This document shows positions 37,310 through 46,747 of a stretch of DNA of 64,000 nt, one piece after another. How positions within the stretch are numbered: the first letter of the stretch is position 1; every line of letters begins with the position of its first letter. Under the pieces are notes generated by a model that saw only the letters and a program-made list of their open reading frames with translations, was not told where the DNA came from and made no database searches. This DNA comes from Candidatus Microgenomatus sp. (lineage in GTDB: Bacteria; Patescibacteriota; Minisyncoccia; UBA6257; GWB1-50-10). The stretch spans positions 23,582-87,581 of the forward strand of contig DYGI01000002.1 in the NCBI GenBank assembly GCA_020724805.1. Direction: 5' to 3'. Position numbers and translations under genes: made by a program.

Positions 37310-38002
37310 ATGAGGTCATTGAAAACGGTCATCGGTGCTTTCGTGGCGCTGCTACTTGTTGTTTTTGCGGTGTGGTTTCAAGGGGATATTTTTCAGGGTA
37401 TCCGCCGTGCCGCTATTTCTTTCGCGGGTCTTTTCGCAGAGTCCTCATATGAAGAAGTGATACGCCTTCGCACCGAAGTGGAAGCGCTTCGCGCCGAAAG
37501 GGCCACGCTTCTTGAAGCGGGGATTCCTCCGTTTTCCGAGGATTTGCGGCGTATTCCGGTCTATTCGCGATATCCGTACGGCGCGGAAGGGATTCTCACC
37601 ATTGCGGGCGGTGAAAATGAGGGGATACGGACGGGGGCGCCGGTGCTCGCCACTCCCGGAACGTTGCTCGGAAAAGTAACCAAAGTGGAACGTTCGCGGA
37701 GCGAGGTAATGACGATATGGAGCCCCGCGTGGCGCTCGAGCGTGGGTTTCGAAGGGGTTGGCACAAAAGCGCTGCTTGAGGGAGGTGAATCGCCCCTCCT
37801 TACCCTTATCCCTCGCGGGAAGGAATCTTCGGCGGGAACGCGCGTGGTCAATGTCGACCCTTCATTCCCTTACGGACTTTTTCTTGGCGCACTTGGAGAG
37901 GCTGATGAAGATAACGAAGATCCGTGGCTCACTGCCACACTTCAGGTGCCTTATGGAGAATCCGACCTTCGCGAGGTGCTGGTACTGGTGAATTTTCCCT
38001 AA
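37310..38002 (+). CDS. mreC: Rod shape-determining protein MreC
   Basis: TM plus coiled coil, G...GI..G.PV...LLGKV..V, FPYGL.LG; follows mreB. Confidence 0.85.
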   Translation: MRSLKTVIGAFVALLLVVFAVWFQGDIFQGIRRAAISFAGLFAESSYEEVIRLRTEVEALRAERATLLEAGIPPFSEDLRRIPVYSRYPYGAEGILTIAGGENEGIRTGAPVLATPGTLLGKVTKVERSRSEVMTIWSPAWRSSVGFEGVGTKALLEGGESPLLTLIPRGKESSAGTRVVNVDPSFPYGLFLGALGEADEDNEDPWLTATLQVPYGESDLREVLVLVNFP

Positions 38003-38008
38003 TTCGAT

Positions 38009-38488
38009 ATGCCATTTGCGCACATCCATTACTTTGCATTCGCGACCGCGGCGCTCGCACTCGCTTTTGTGGGCGAACTTTCGGGCGCATTCCGTATCGG
38101 CGCGGCGGGCGTATTTTTTCCGCTTATCATCATTTTTCTCGCGGGATTTTTTGGCCCGCGGTGGTTCGCGGGGTTTCTCGCATTTTTTCTTCTTATACTC
38201 TCGTTTTTTGTCGCACCGTTTTGGGTTCTTGAAGTGGGAGGAGTGACCCTCATCGCACTTCTTCTTCTTTTTGTCCATCCATTTCTCACCGGAAATAGGT
38301 TCACCGACTTTCTCGCGCTTCTTTCGATAGCGACGGTCATCGTGGCGGTGGGCGGCGGTGCGGTGCGCGGAGGAGTTGCTTCCGTGGGGACTTTGGCGCT
38401 CATCGTGCTCATGAACGGGGCCGCAGGAGCGCTGTTTTTTTTGATTTTGGAGCGTTTTATTTCTGAGAGACGATATTTCTCACCATGA
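38009..38488 (+). CDS. MreD-like polytopic membrane protein
   Basis: 159 aa with ~5 TMs, between mreC and the PBP2 gene. Confidence 0.6.
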   Translation: MPFAHIHYFAFATAALALAFVGELSGAFRIGAAGVFFPLIIIFLAGFFGPRWFAGFLAFFLLILSFFVAPFWVLEVGGVTLIALLLLFVHPFLTGNRFTDFLALLSIATVIVAVGGGAVRGGVASVGTLALIVLMNGAAGALFFLILERFISERRYFSP

Positions 38489-40353
38489 CGCGCACTCCAT
38501 TCGGCATTGAAGACGTGCTTGCGGACCGCGCGGTCGAAGACACCCTTCTTGAAGTTCCGCTCGAAACAAAAGTGTTCCGCGTGGTTTTTGGTATGAGTGT
38601 TGCGATTGTGCTCGCGGTGGTGTTCCAAATTCTCAATCTCGCGGTCAATGAACATGAACGATATGCGGCGCGCGCCGAGGCGAATGTGAGCGATATTCGC
38701 GTGGAACCGGCGCCGCGCGGCATTATTCGCGATCGTTTCGGGAATGCGCTTGTCTCGAACGTCCCCTCGTGGAGCGCGGTGTTGGTGCCCCGCGATCTTC
38801 CCGCAGACTCGGATGCGCGAAACGCAACATTCGCGCGAATCGCCGAACTTCTCGGCGAGGACTCCGCCGCGCTCGAAGCGCGCATCGCCGCGAAGGATTG
38901 GAGCGTGTCTGACCGCCTGGTGCTTTCCGATTCTCTCACGCAGGAGGCCCTTCTTGCCCTTTCCACCGAGTCTATTCCTGGCGTCCGCGCGGAGCGTTCC
39001 TTTGAACGTGTTCATGCCGATCCGTTCGCGTACGCGCACCTCGTGGGATATACCGGAAGAGTGGGGAGCGCTGACCTTGCGGATAATCCATCGCTTCATC
39101 CGGAAAGTGTGATAGGGCGTGCCGGCATTGAGGCGGCGTATGACGAGTTCCTTCGCGGAAAGGAGGGGCGCACGGTGACCTTTTGGAACGCGAGAGGCGA
39201 AGAGCAGGGGGATGCGCAATATGAAGCGCCGCTCGCGGGAGCCGAGGTACGCACGTTTATTGACGGCGAGTTTCAGGAATTCGTCTATGAACGTTTTACC
39301 CGCGCACTTCGGGAATTGGGGAGGGTTTCGGGAGCCGTGGTTGCGCTTGATCCTCGCTCAGGAGAAGTGAAATCTCTTGTGTCCATTCCCAGTTTTGAAT
39401 CGACCAACGTCGCGCGGTATCTTTCGGCGTCGCACGATCCTCTTTTCAATCGAGTGTTCCAGGGCGCTTACAACCCGGGCTCGACCATCAAGCCGCTTGT
39501 GGGCACCGCGGCGCTCACGGAAGGTGTGGTGACTCCCGAGACGAGCATTTATTCCGCAGGTTTCATAGAAATTCCCAATCCATACGATCCGTCGCGCCCC
39601 AGCCGGTTTTTGGACAATGCGGCGCACGGGTGGGTGAATATTCGGTCCGCGCTCGCCCGCTCGTCGAACATTTATTTTTACGAAGTAGCCGGAGGATTCG
39701 AGGACCAACTTGGTATAGGCATCGAGAAATTAAAGCAATGGTGGGAACGTTTTGGACTTGGACGCACGACCGGCATTGATCTTCCCGGCGAGCGCGCGGG
39801 ATTTCTCCCTGACCCCGAGTGGAAAGAAAATGCGCGCGGTGAACCGTGGCGCGTCGGTGACACCTACAACGTTGCGATAGGACAAGGAGACCTTCTCGTA
39901 ACCCCCCTCGGACTTTTGAACTATGTGGCATCCATCGCGAACGGCGGGACGTTATGGAAACCGCGCGTAGCGCGCTCGGTGGTGGAAGGAAATGCGGTGC
40001 GTTTTACCAATGAACCCGAGGTGCTTGCGGACATCTCCGGCATTATTGCGGGCGCACTCCCGGAGATACGGGAAGGAATGCGGGATGTGGCGCGAAAAGA
40101 TTATGGGACCGCGCGGTCGCTTTCCGAGCTCCCGTTTCCTGTGGCGGCGAAGACCGGTACTGCCCAGGTGGAAGGGAATACCAAATTGAACGCTTTCTTC
40201 GTGGGGTATGCACCGGCCGATGAGCCCGAGCTTGCGATTTTGGTCCTTGTAGAGGATGCCAAGGAGGGTAGTCTGAACACGGTGCCAGTAGCACGGGACA
40301 TTTTCCTGTGGTACTATAACGAGCGAATCAAAAACGCCCCCCTCATTCCCTGA
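38485..40353 (+). CDS. mrdA: Penicillin-binding protein 2
   Basis: APRG.I.DR.G, PGSTIKP (SxxK), SSN, KTGTAQ. Confidence 0.92.
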   Translation: MTRTPFGIEDVLADRAVEDTLLEVPLETKVFRVVFGMSVAIVLAVVFQILNLAVNEHERYAARAEANVSDIRVEPAPRGIIRDRFGNALVSNVPSWSAVLVPRDLPADSDARNATFARIAELLGEDSAALEARIAAKDWSVSDRLVLSDSLTQEALLALSTESIPGVRAERSFERVHADPFAYAHLVGYTGRVGSADLADNPSLHPESVIGRAGIEAAYDEFLRGKEGRTVTFWNARGEEQGDAQYEAPLAGAEVRTFIDGEFQEFVYERFTRALRELGRVSGAVVALDPRSGEVKSLVSIPSFESTNVARYLSASHDPLFNRVFQGAYNPGSTIKPLVGTAALTEGVVTPETSIYSAGFIEIPNPYDPSRPSRFLDNAAHGWVNIRSALARSSNIYFYEVAGGFEDQLGIGIEKLKQWWERFGLGRTTGIDLPGERAGFLPDPEWKENARGEPWRVGDTYNVAIGQGDLLVTPLGLLNYVASIANGGTLWKPRVARSVVEGNAVRFTNEPEVLADISGIIAGALPEIREGMRDVARKDYGTARSLSELPFPVAAKTGTAQVEGNTKLNAFFVGYAPADEPELAILVLVEDAKEGSLNTVPVARDIFLWYYNERIKNAPLIP

Positions 40354-40359
40354 ACATCC

Positions 40360-40830
40360 ATGCTAAGCCACGCCTATCTTACCCAGGAGCGACATGACGA
40401 GATCGTTCGTGAGGTACATAAACTGAAAACGGAAGAACGGAAAAAGGTTGCGGAACGGTTGAAGAACGCCAAGGACCTCGGAGATCTCTCCGAGAATTTT
40501 GATTACCATGAGGCGCGCGAGGAGCAGTCACGTCTCGAAGCGCGCATCCATGAACTCGAAGAGATACTGCGGAATTCAGTCATCATCAAAAAGGCGAGCG
40601 GCAACTCTACGGTGCGTATCGGAGGGCGAGTCGCGGTGACGCGCCCCGGCGAGGGACTCGGGGAAACGAGCTTCACCATTGTGGGCTCTTCCGAAGCGGA
40701 GCCCGCGGAAGGTTTTATCTCGAACGAATCACCCTTGGGCCGCGCGCTCCTCGGGAAAAAGGTGGGGGATACCGTGACCGTGCCCACGCCAAAGGGGACG
40801 AGCACTTATCAGATTGTAAGGATAGAATAA
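40360..40830 (+). CDS. greA: Transcription elongation factor GreA
   Basis: GDLSENFDY, IS.ESPLGRALLG. Confidence 0.95.
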   Translation: MLSHAYLTQERHDEIVREVHKLKTEERKKVAERLKNAKDLGDLSENFDYHEAREEQSRLEARIHELEEILRNSVIIKKASGNSTVRIGGRVAVTRPGEGLGETSFTIVGSSEAEPAEGFISNESPLGRALLGKKVGDTVTVPTPKGTSTYQIVRIE

Positions 40831-40835
40831 GGATA

Positions 40836-40965
40836 TGAATCCCGTTAGAAGCAACGTAGTTTGCGCAGTGGTAATATGAAAATGTGTGTAAAAGGTTTTA
40901 TTTGCCGGATAAAGCCGTTTGCTACGGGTGCGCACGGAGGCGCACCCTACTTCTAACGGGATGAA
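40836..40965. mobile_element. Miniature inverted-repeat element, copy 1 (122 bp plus TGAA duplication) at the lysS start codon
   Basis: TGAA|TCCCGTTAGAAG...CTTCTAACGGGA|TGAA, perfect 12 bp TIR; internal hairpins GGTTTTATTT/GGATAAAGCC and GGGTGCGC/GCGCACCC. Confidence 0.8.
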
Positions 40966-42400
40966 GGAGGAACTGATACGAGAACGCGCCAGGAAGCGAG
41001 AGCGGTATGCACGCGAGGCCGATCCCTATCCCGCGCGTGTCGGACGCGACGAAAGCATCGCGGAGACACTCGCCTCTTTTTCAAAAAAGCGTGCGGGCGC
41101 CCGCACACTTGCGGGTCGCGTTACCGCGCTTCGAGACCAAGGGAAGATAGTGTTTGCAAATCTTACCGACGCGACCGGCACCATTCAGTTGGTGTTGGAA
41201 GAAGGGACTACAAAACCATTCGCACTTCTTAAGGAGACGATGGACATAGGGGATTTCGTAGAGGCGAAAGGGAAGCTCACGACCACGAAACGCGGCACGA
41301 AAAGTCTCGCGGTTGCGAACGCGCGCATTATCGCAAAAAGCATGCGCCCGCTTCCCGTGCATTGGTACGGGCTTTCGGATGTGGAAACGCGGCTCCGAAA
41401 ACGCTACCTCGATCTCCTTACGCATCCGGAAACGCACGCGATGTTCTTGAAGAAGGAGCGTTTTTGGGATTCGGTGAGAAATACGCTCAAAAAGGAAGGG
41501 TTCCATGAGGTTGAGACCGGAGTGTTGGAAGCGGTGCCGGGAGGAGCCGATGCGGAACCTTTTGTCACTCACCATAACGCATTGGACATGGATTTTTATC
41601 TCCGCATTTCACTCGAACTTCCCTTGAAACGTCTCCTGGTCGGAGGCTTCGAAAAAGTGTTCGAGATAGGGCGCGTGTTCCGAAACGAAGGTATTGACCG
41701 CGAACATCTCCAGGATTACACGGCGATGGAGTGCTATGCCGCATATTGGGACGAGGAGCGCATGATGAAATTTGTCGAGGCTCTTTATAAGCAGGTAGTG
41801 AAGGACACGACCGGAGGTTCCACGACAACCTATGGGGGTGTGACATTGAAATGGGGAGGGAAATGGAAGCGTGTGGATTACTTTGAAGCGTTCAAAAAAG
41901 ATGCGGGCACGGACCTTACGAAAGTGACCGACGCCGAACTTCGCATGAAGGCGAAGGAGCTCGGATGTTCCGTGGAAGCCGGCGCCAGCCGCGGCCGCCT
42001 CATTGACGCGATATATAAGAAAACCGTACGACCGAAACTCATACAACCATGTTTTCTCGTGGGGCATCCGAAGGAAGTTTCGCCTCTCGCAAAGGACGAT
42101 CCGAAGCGTGCCGGACGCGTGCTCCGCTTCCAGCCGATGGCGGCCGGAAGCGAGATGGGGAACGGTTGGGCGGAGCTGAACGACCCGAAAGAACAGCGTG
42201 CGCGGTTCGAAGAGCAGGAAAGAGCGCGTGCGGCAGGAGATAAGGAAGCACAACGGCTTGATGAGGACTTCATCGAGGCGCTCGAATACGGCATGCCTCC
42301 TGCAGCGGGTTTTGGACTTTCCGAGCGCGTGTTCGCGGTTTTGATGGATAAGCCCATGCGCGAAACCACGCTTTTCCCCCTTATGAAAAGCGAAGAATAA
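40961..42400 (+). CDS. lysS: Lysine--tRNA ligase (class II)
   Basis: RYLDL, GGADAEPFVTHHN, YLRISLEL.LKRL.VGG, FRNEGID, YGMPP. Confidence 0.96.
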   Translation: MKEELIRERARKRERYAREADPYPARVGRDESIAETLASFSKKRAGARTLAGRVTALRDQGKIVFANLTDATGTIQLVLEEGTTKPFALLKETMDIGDFVEAKGKLTTTKRGTKSLAVANARIIAKSMRPLPVHWYGLSDVETRLRKRYLDLLTHPETHAMFLKKERFWDSVRNTLKKEGFHEVETGVLEAVPGGADAEPFVTHHNALDMDFYLRISLELPLKRLLVGGFEKVFEIGRVFRNEGIDREHLQDYTAMECYAAYWDEERMMKFVEALYKQVVKDTTGGSTTTYGGVTLKWGGKWKRVDYFEAFKKDAGTDLTKVTDAELRMKAKELGCSVEAGASRGRLIDAIYKKTVRPKLIQPCFLVGHPKEVSPLAKDDPKRAGRVLRFQPMAAGSEMGNGWAELNDPKEQRARFEEQERARAAGDKEAQRLDEDFIEALEYGMPPAAGFGLSERVFAVLMDKPMRETTLFPLMKSEE

Positions 42401-42411
42401 TAACTATAACC

Positions 42412-43668
42412 ATGATTGACGTTCAATTTTTACGGGAAAAAACCGAAGACGCGAAAAAAGCGCTCGCGCGGAAAAGGATCGACCCCAAAGCGGTAGACAA
42501 GTTTCTTCGTGTGGACCAGAACTGGCGGACCAAACGTGCGGCACTGGATGCGCTCCAAGCGGAGCAAAAAACGGTATCCAAAACGCTTGCCGGCGCAAGG
42601 ACGGAGGAGATGCTTTCGAAGGCTCAGATACTCAAAGATCGCATTACCGAAGTTGCGGAATCACTCGCGGATGTGGAGAAAAAACGGGCGACACTGCTTG
42701 AGGAATTTCCCAATCCTCCATTTAGCGACGTGCCCGAAGGGCCTGACGCATCAGGGAATCGCGTGCTTCGCGAAGTGGGAAAGAAAACGGAGTTCGATTT
42801 TGAACCGAAGGATTATCTTACGCTCGCGGAATCGTTGAATCTTATCGACATCAAACGCGCCGCGCGCGTGGCGGGGAGCCGTTTCGGGTATCTTATGGGC
42901 GACGCGGCTCTTCTTGAGTTCGCGCTGGTGCGTCTCGCGATGGATACGCTCACCGAACACGGTTTCATACCGGTGGTTCCTCCCGTCATGATACGTCCCG
43001 AGGTATACACCGGTATGGGGCGCCTTGCCGCGGACCAAAAGGAAGAACGTTACTATTTTCCCAAGGACGATCTCTACCTCGTAGGAAGTGCGGAGCACAC
43101 CATCGGCCCGATCCATATGGATGAAACGCTCGACGAATCGGCGATTCCGCGCCGCTACGTGGGGTTTTCCACATGTTTCCGACGTGAAGCGGGGAGTTAT
43201 GGCAAGGACACGAAGGGTATTTTAAGGGTTCACCAATTCGACAAAGTCGAGATGTTCGCGTTCGCCGACCCTGCGCTCTCCGAGAAAGAGCACCGCTTTC
43301 TCGTGGACCGGCAGGAGGAACTTATGCAGAAGTTGGAACTTCCGTATCGCGTGGTCGAAGTATGCGCCGGCGATATGGGATGGACCGACGCACGTCAATT
43401 CGATATTGAAACATGGATCCCCAGCGAACGCTCCTACCGGGAAACACAGTCATGCTCGAACACCACCGATTTTCAGGCGCGCGGAATAAACGTGAAGGTG
43501 AAGAGGAAAGACGGCGAGAAAACATATGCACATATGTTGAATGCGACCGCGTTCGCGATAGGGAGGACGCTTATTGCGCTCATTGAGAACCATCAGACGA
43601 AGAAGGGGACGGTGAAGGTGCCAAAAGCGCTTCAGGAGTATCTTGGAAAGAAGGAAATCGGCAGTTGA
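42412..43668 (+). CDS. serS: Serine--tRNA ligase
   Basis: GSRFGYL, SAE, CFRREAGSYGKD.KG..RVHQFDKVE, SCSN.TDFQAR. Confidence 0.96.
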   Translation: MIDVQFLREKTEDAKKALARKRIDPKAVDKFLRVDQNWRTKRAALDALQAEQKTVSKTLAGARTEEMLSKAQILKDRITEVAESLADVEKKRATLLEEFPNPPFSDVPEGPDASGNRVLREVGKKTEFDFEPKDYLTLAESLNLIDIKRAARVAGSRFGYLMGDAALLEFALVRLAMDTLTEHGFIPVVPPVMIRPEVYTGMGRLAADQKEERYYFPKDDLYLVGSAEHTIGPIHMDETLDESAIPRRYVGFSTCFRREAGSYGKDTKGILRVHQFDKVEMFAFADPALSEKEHRFLVDRQEELMQKLELPYRVVEVCAGDMGWTDARQFDIETWIPSERSYRETQSCSNTTDFQARGINVKVKRKDGEKTYAHMLNATAFAIGRTLIALIENHQTKKGTVKVPKALQEYLGKKEIGS

Positions 43669-43737
43669 TGCCTATTCGTGTCGACTGGGCGCACGCGCGC
43701 ATATCGCGTGTGTTTTGTTTTGGGTACAATAGAGACA

Positions 43738-44325
43738 ATGCGTGGTTTGGTAATGAAAATTTTTTGGCTCGCGGCGGCAGGGACACTCCTCTACGGAGGG
43801 TTCGTGGCGTACGAGCGGTGGTGGGACGGAGATTGGTCTTTGGTGAAAAATCGAGTACTCTCGTTCGTTGGAGAGAACACTGCAGAAATTCAGGAACAGG
43901 CGCTGGAAAAAGGGAATGAGGTATTGGAGAATGTGAAGAAAGAAGCAACCGAACAAGCGAAGACTACCATCTCCTCGTTTATTGGGGGAGTTATAGAATC
44001 TCTGGGGGAGTCCATCGCGCATTATGGAGAATCGGTGGCGGGAGCGCCTGCGGTGGTGGATATCCCCGCCGCACGCGGGCCGTCGTTTGCGACTCCTCCG
44101 CCTCCCGTTGCGGTGTCTGCGCGCGCGGGTGAGCCGCTCACGTTCGTGGTGAATGAAGCGGGCCAATACACGGTGACGTGGGGAGATAATGCCACGAGCG
44201 AAGGAGAGGTGAAGGAGGGGGAGAATGTGCTCCTTGAACATACGTGGACCGCGCCGGGTGATTACGTGGTTATCCTTTCCACTGTTTCACATACCGAAAC
44301 ATTTCCCATCCGTATCTACGAGTAA
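43738..44325 (+). CDS. Membrane-anchored hypothetical protein with a C-terminal PKD-like domain
   Basis: N-terminal TM; V.WGD...HTW..PG.Y.V pattern; TACAAT 7 nt before ATG 43738. Confidence 0.6.
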   Translation: MRGLVMKIFWLAAAGTLLYGGFVAYERWWDGDWSLVKNRVLSFVGENTAEIQEQALEKGNEVLENVKKEATEQAKTTISSFIGGVIESLGESIAHYGESVAGAPAVVDIPAARGPSFATPPPPVAVSARAGEPLTFVVNEAGQYTVTWGDNATSEGEVKEGENVLLEHTWTAPGDYVVILSTVSHTETFPIRIYE

Positions 44326-44328
44326 TCT

Positions 44329-45135
44329 ATGGCGCGCTTTTCCGAACAACATGAAATATTAAGGGGTTCGCGCACGCGCGCGCGGAAGCGCTTTGTGTTG
44401 AAACTCGTGCTTTGGTGGGGCGCGGGGCTTGTGGTGGCGGGAGGAATAGGATATGCACTTTTCACCACCGGTGCGCTTGTGGTGCAGGAAGTGAAAATCG
44501 AGGGAGTGCAACTCGCGGATCACGGGAAAGTGAGAATGGAAATCGTGCGTGCGGCATCGTTTCCTCCTCGCGCATGGCTTGGAGAGCACGCTACGCTTTT
44601 CTGGCTCTTCCTCAATCCCTCCGAAGAATTTTTGTCGGCATTCCCGATGTTCCGGGAGGTAACCGTTCGCGTGGACTTGTTTTCTCGCGTGGTGACCATT
44701 CGCGCGGAGGAGAGGGAACTCTACGGCGTGTGGTGTCTCTCGGGCGGAAGCTGCTATGCATTCGATCGGGAGGGGGTAGTGTTCGGAAAGGCGCCCGCGA
44801 CTTCTGGAACGCTTGTGACGAAAGTGATGGATGCGCGCGACGGCACATTTTCGCCAGGAAACGTAGTGCTCGCGGACCCCTTATGGCGGGAACGACTCCT
44901 CGGCACACTTGAGGTCATTCATGAGGTGCGTCTCACTCCACGCGTCATCATGGTGCGCGAAGATATGCTTCGCGAATGGGAAGTGGCACTGGTTGAAGGG
45001 CCTACATTGAAATTCTCGTTCGATTTTATACCGGAAAGACTCGAAGACGCGCTCACTTCGCTTTCCCGCCGCGGCGATTTCCGCGCGCTTACCTACTTGG
45101 ATTTCCGCGTTCCTGACCGTCTCTATTACAAGTAG
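44329..45135 (+). CDS. FtsQ/DivIB-like cell division protein
   Basis: Basic N-terminus, TM, POTRA-like region, D.EG..F, C-terminal YLDFRVPDRLYYK. Confidence 0.75.
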   Translation: MARFSEQHEILRGSRTRARKRFVLKLVLWWGAGLVVAGGIGYALFTTGALVVQEVKIEGVQLADHGKVRMEIVRAASFPPRAWLGEHATLFWLFLNPSEEFLSAFPMFREVTVRVDLFSRVVTIRAEERELYGVWCLSGGSCYAFDREGVVFGKAPATSGTLVTKVMDARDGTFSPGNVVLADPLWRERLLGTLEVIHEVRLTPRVIMVREDMLREWEVALVEGPTLKFSFDFIPERLEDALTSLSRRGDFRALTYLDFRVPDRLYYK

Positions 45136-45154
45136 TTTTGTTAGAATGAAGGTA

Positions 45155-45958
45155 ATGAACCGCCGCTCCGGTTTCACCCTCATCGAACTTATCATCTACA
45201 TGGCGATTTTCGGAGTTTCCGCCGTGTTTTTGGTTTCCATTTTGACCTCGGTGACGCGTACGCAGGTGCGCCAAGCTTCGGGAAATGAAGTAAACCAGCA
45301 GCTTTCGTTCGTTTCGAACACCATTCAACGTCTGGTGCGGAGTGCCTCTCAAGTTTCAAACGAAGCGGGAGTGGCTTCGACCACGCTCGTGCTTCGCATG
45401 GCCTCGTCTACCGTTGACCCGACCTATATCTATGTGGATGCGTCTTCCACCGCCATCTATCTCCAGGAAGCAACTTCTACGCCCATACGTCTCACCGACG
45501 ACAAAGTTACGGTGGCGAATTTTTCTGTGACGAAGCAGGAACCGGCCGGCGGTCTTGCGGTGGTACATGTGGACCTTACTTTGGAATACAACACCACTTC
45601 CGATCAATCGAAAGCGTCACGGGCATGGAGCGGGGCGATTGCGCGCATCTCCGCCGCCACCTTCGATTCGGGAATCTTTCCGAACTCAAGTGCCGCTCTA
45701 GACCTTGGGAGCGCTTCACTCCAATGGCGTGATGCATTTTTTTCGAATAGCGTGACCATCGGTACGAACGGCGAGCTTGGGGTAGGGGGGAGTCCTTCTA
45801 CTAACCCTACGACGAAGATTTACATCACGAACGGCGACGTCGGTTTCTCGTCGAGCACCTACGGCGTCCTCCTCATGTCTCCTGGAGGCACCTGTTTCCG
45901 TCTCACCGTGACCAATAGCGGCGCGCTTGCTACATCCACACAAACCTGTCCGAATTAG
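45155..45958 (+). CDS. Type IV prepilin-like protein with a fibre-like C-terminal extension
   Basis: MNRRSG|FTLIELIIY class III signal peptide; C-terminal P......DLGS....W and SPGGTCFRLTV. Confidence 0.8.
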   Translation: MNRRSGFTLIELIIYMAIFGVSAVFLVSILTSVTRTQVRQASGNEVNQQLSFVSNTIQRLVRSASQVSNEAGVASTTLVLRMASSTVDPTYIYVDASSTAIYLQEATSTPIRLTDDKVTVANFSVTKQEPAGGLAVVHVDLTLEYNTTSDQSKASRAWSGAIARISAATFDSGIFPNSSAALDLGSASLQWRDAFFSNSVTIGTNGELGVGGSPSTNPTTKIYITNGDVGFSSSTYGVLLMSPGGTCFRLTVTNSGALATSTQTCPN

Positions 45959-45990
45959 CACTTGACACTGTTGGGTGCTAACACTATCCT
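45955..45990 (+). promoter_or_regulatory. CIRCE operator overlapping the sigma70 promoter of the hrcA-grpE-dnaK operon
   Basis: TTAGCACTT-N9-GGGTGCTAA (45955-45981; consensus TTAGCACTC-N9-GAGTGCTAA); TTGACA(45962)-N17-TATCCT(45985). Confidence 0.88.
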
Positions 45991-45999
45991 TTGAGGATA

Positions 46000-46081
46000 T
46001 GAATCCCGTTAGAAGTAGCCGCGCCAGCGGTCCCAGAGGGACTCGTGACTTTGTTACGAGCGCGACTTCTAATGGGATGAA
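46000..46081. mobile_element. Miniature inverted-repeat element, copy 2 (74 bp plus TGAA duplication) at the hrcA start codon
   Basis: TGAA|TCCCGTTAGAAGT...ACTTCTAATGGGA|TGAA; reads in frame as MNPVRS...TSNG before MKERTRAIL. Confidence 0.8.
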
Positions 46082-46745
46082 GGAACGCACCCGTGCCATT
46101 CTTGAAACGGCGGTCCGCGATTTCATCGAGGAAGGCCGCCCCATCACGTCGGAATATCTTTACGAGAGGTACGATTTCGGCATAAAGCCCGCCATGATAC
46201 GGTGGGAGTTGCAGGAGCTTGCCGATGGGGGTTATTTCAATCAATTACGCCCTTCGGGAGGAAGGTTTCCCACGCGGAAGGCGTACGCGGCGTACGTGGC
46301 GAGCATTGAAAGTCAGGACGGGCGCGCAAAATCTCCGCGGAGGGTAAGAGCAAGTTCTCCGGAAAAACTTCCAAAAGAAATCGCCGACGAATTGGGAGTG
46401 ATGGGAGCGGGGTACGACCCGCGCCGTGGAGTGTTCCGCGAATGTGGCCTTACCAATCTTATTGAAGATCTCGATTTGGAGGGCCACGAAGAACTCCTTG
46501 CGGTGGTGCGCGATATCGAACGACTGGAAGAGCGGTTTGTGGAACGGCTCAATGTGTGGGAAGGAGATGAAGGTCCCTGGCCGAAAGTGTTTGTTGGAGA
46601 AACACCACTTACGAAAACCAAACTTCTTTCGGTGTTGGTGGGGCGAACCGGAAGCGCGCGTGATCCCTTCTTCATACTTGCGGTGGGACCTCTCCGAATG
46701 GATTACGAAAAGTCGCTCGCGCTGTTTCGTTCACTTGAGGAATGA
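46077..46745 (+). CDS. hrcA: Heat-inducible transcription repressor HrcA (reduced form; alternative start 45999 through the inserted element)
   Basis: R.RAIL...V..FI..G.P..S, PA.IR..L..L...GY..Q...SGGR.PT, GP.RMDY; CIRCE upstream. Confidence 0.9.
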   Translation: MKERTRAILETAVRDFIEEGRPITSEYLYERYDFGIKPAMIRWELQELADGGYFNQLRPSGGRFPTRKAYAAYVASIESQDGRAKSPRRVRASSPEKLPKEIADELGVMGAGYDPRRGVFRECGLTNLIEDLDLEGHEELLAVVRDIERLEERFVERLNVWEGDEGPWPKVFVGETPLTKTKLLSVLVGRTGSARDPFFILAVGPLRMDYEKSLALFRSLEE

Positions 46746-46747
46746 TT

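Noticed and set aside
40835-40961. Read-through of the lysS element via TGA recoding (code 25)
   Set aside because: The frame also contains TAA, and many genes here end in TGA, consistent with code 11.
40836-46081. GTTAGAA...TTCTAAC termini as integron attC sites
   Set aside because: The order is opposite to attC (RYYYAAC...GTTRRRY), the flanking genes are housekeeping rather than cassettes, and no integrase is present.
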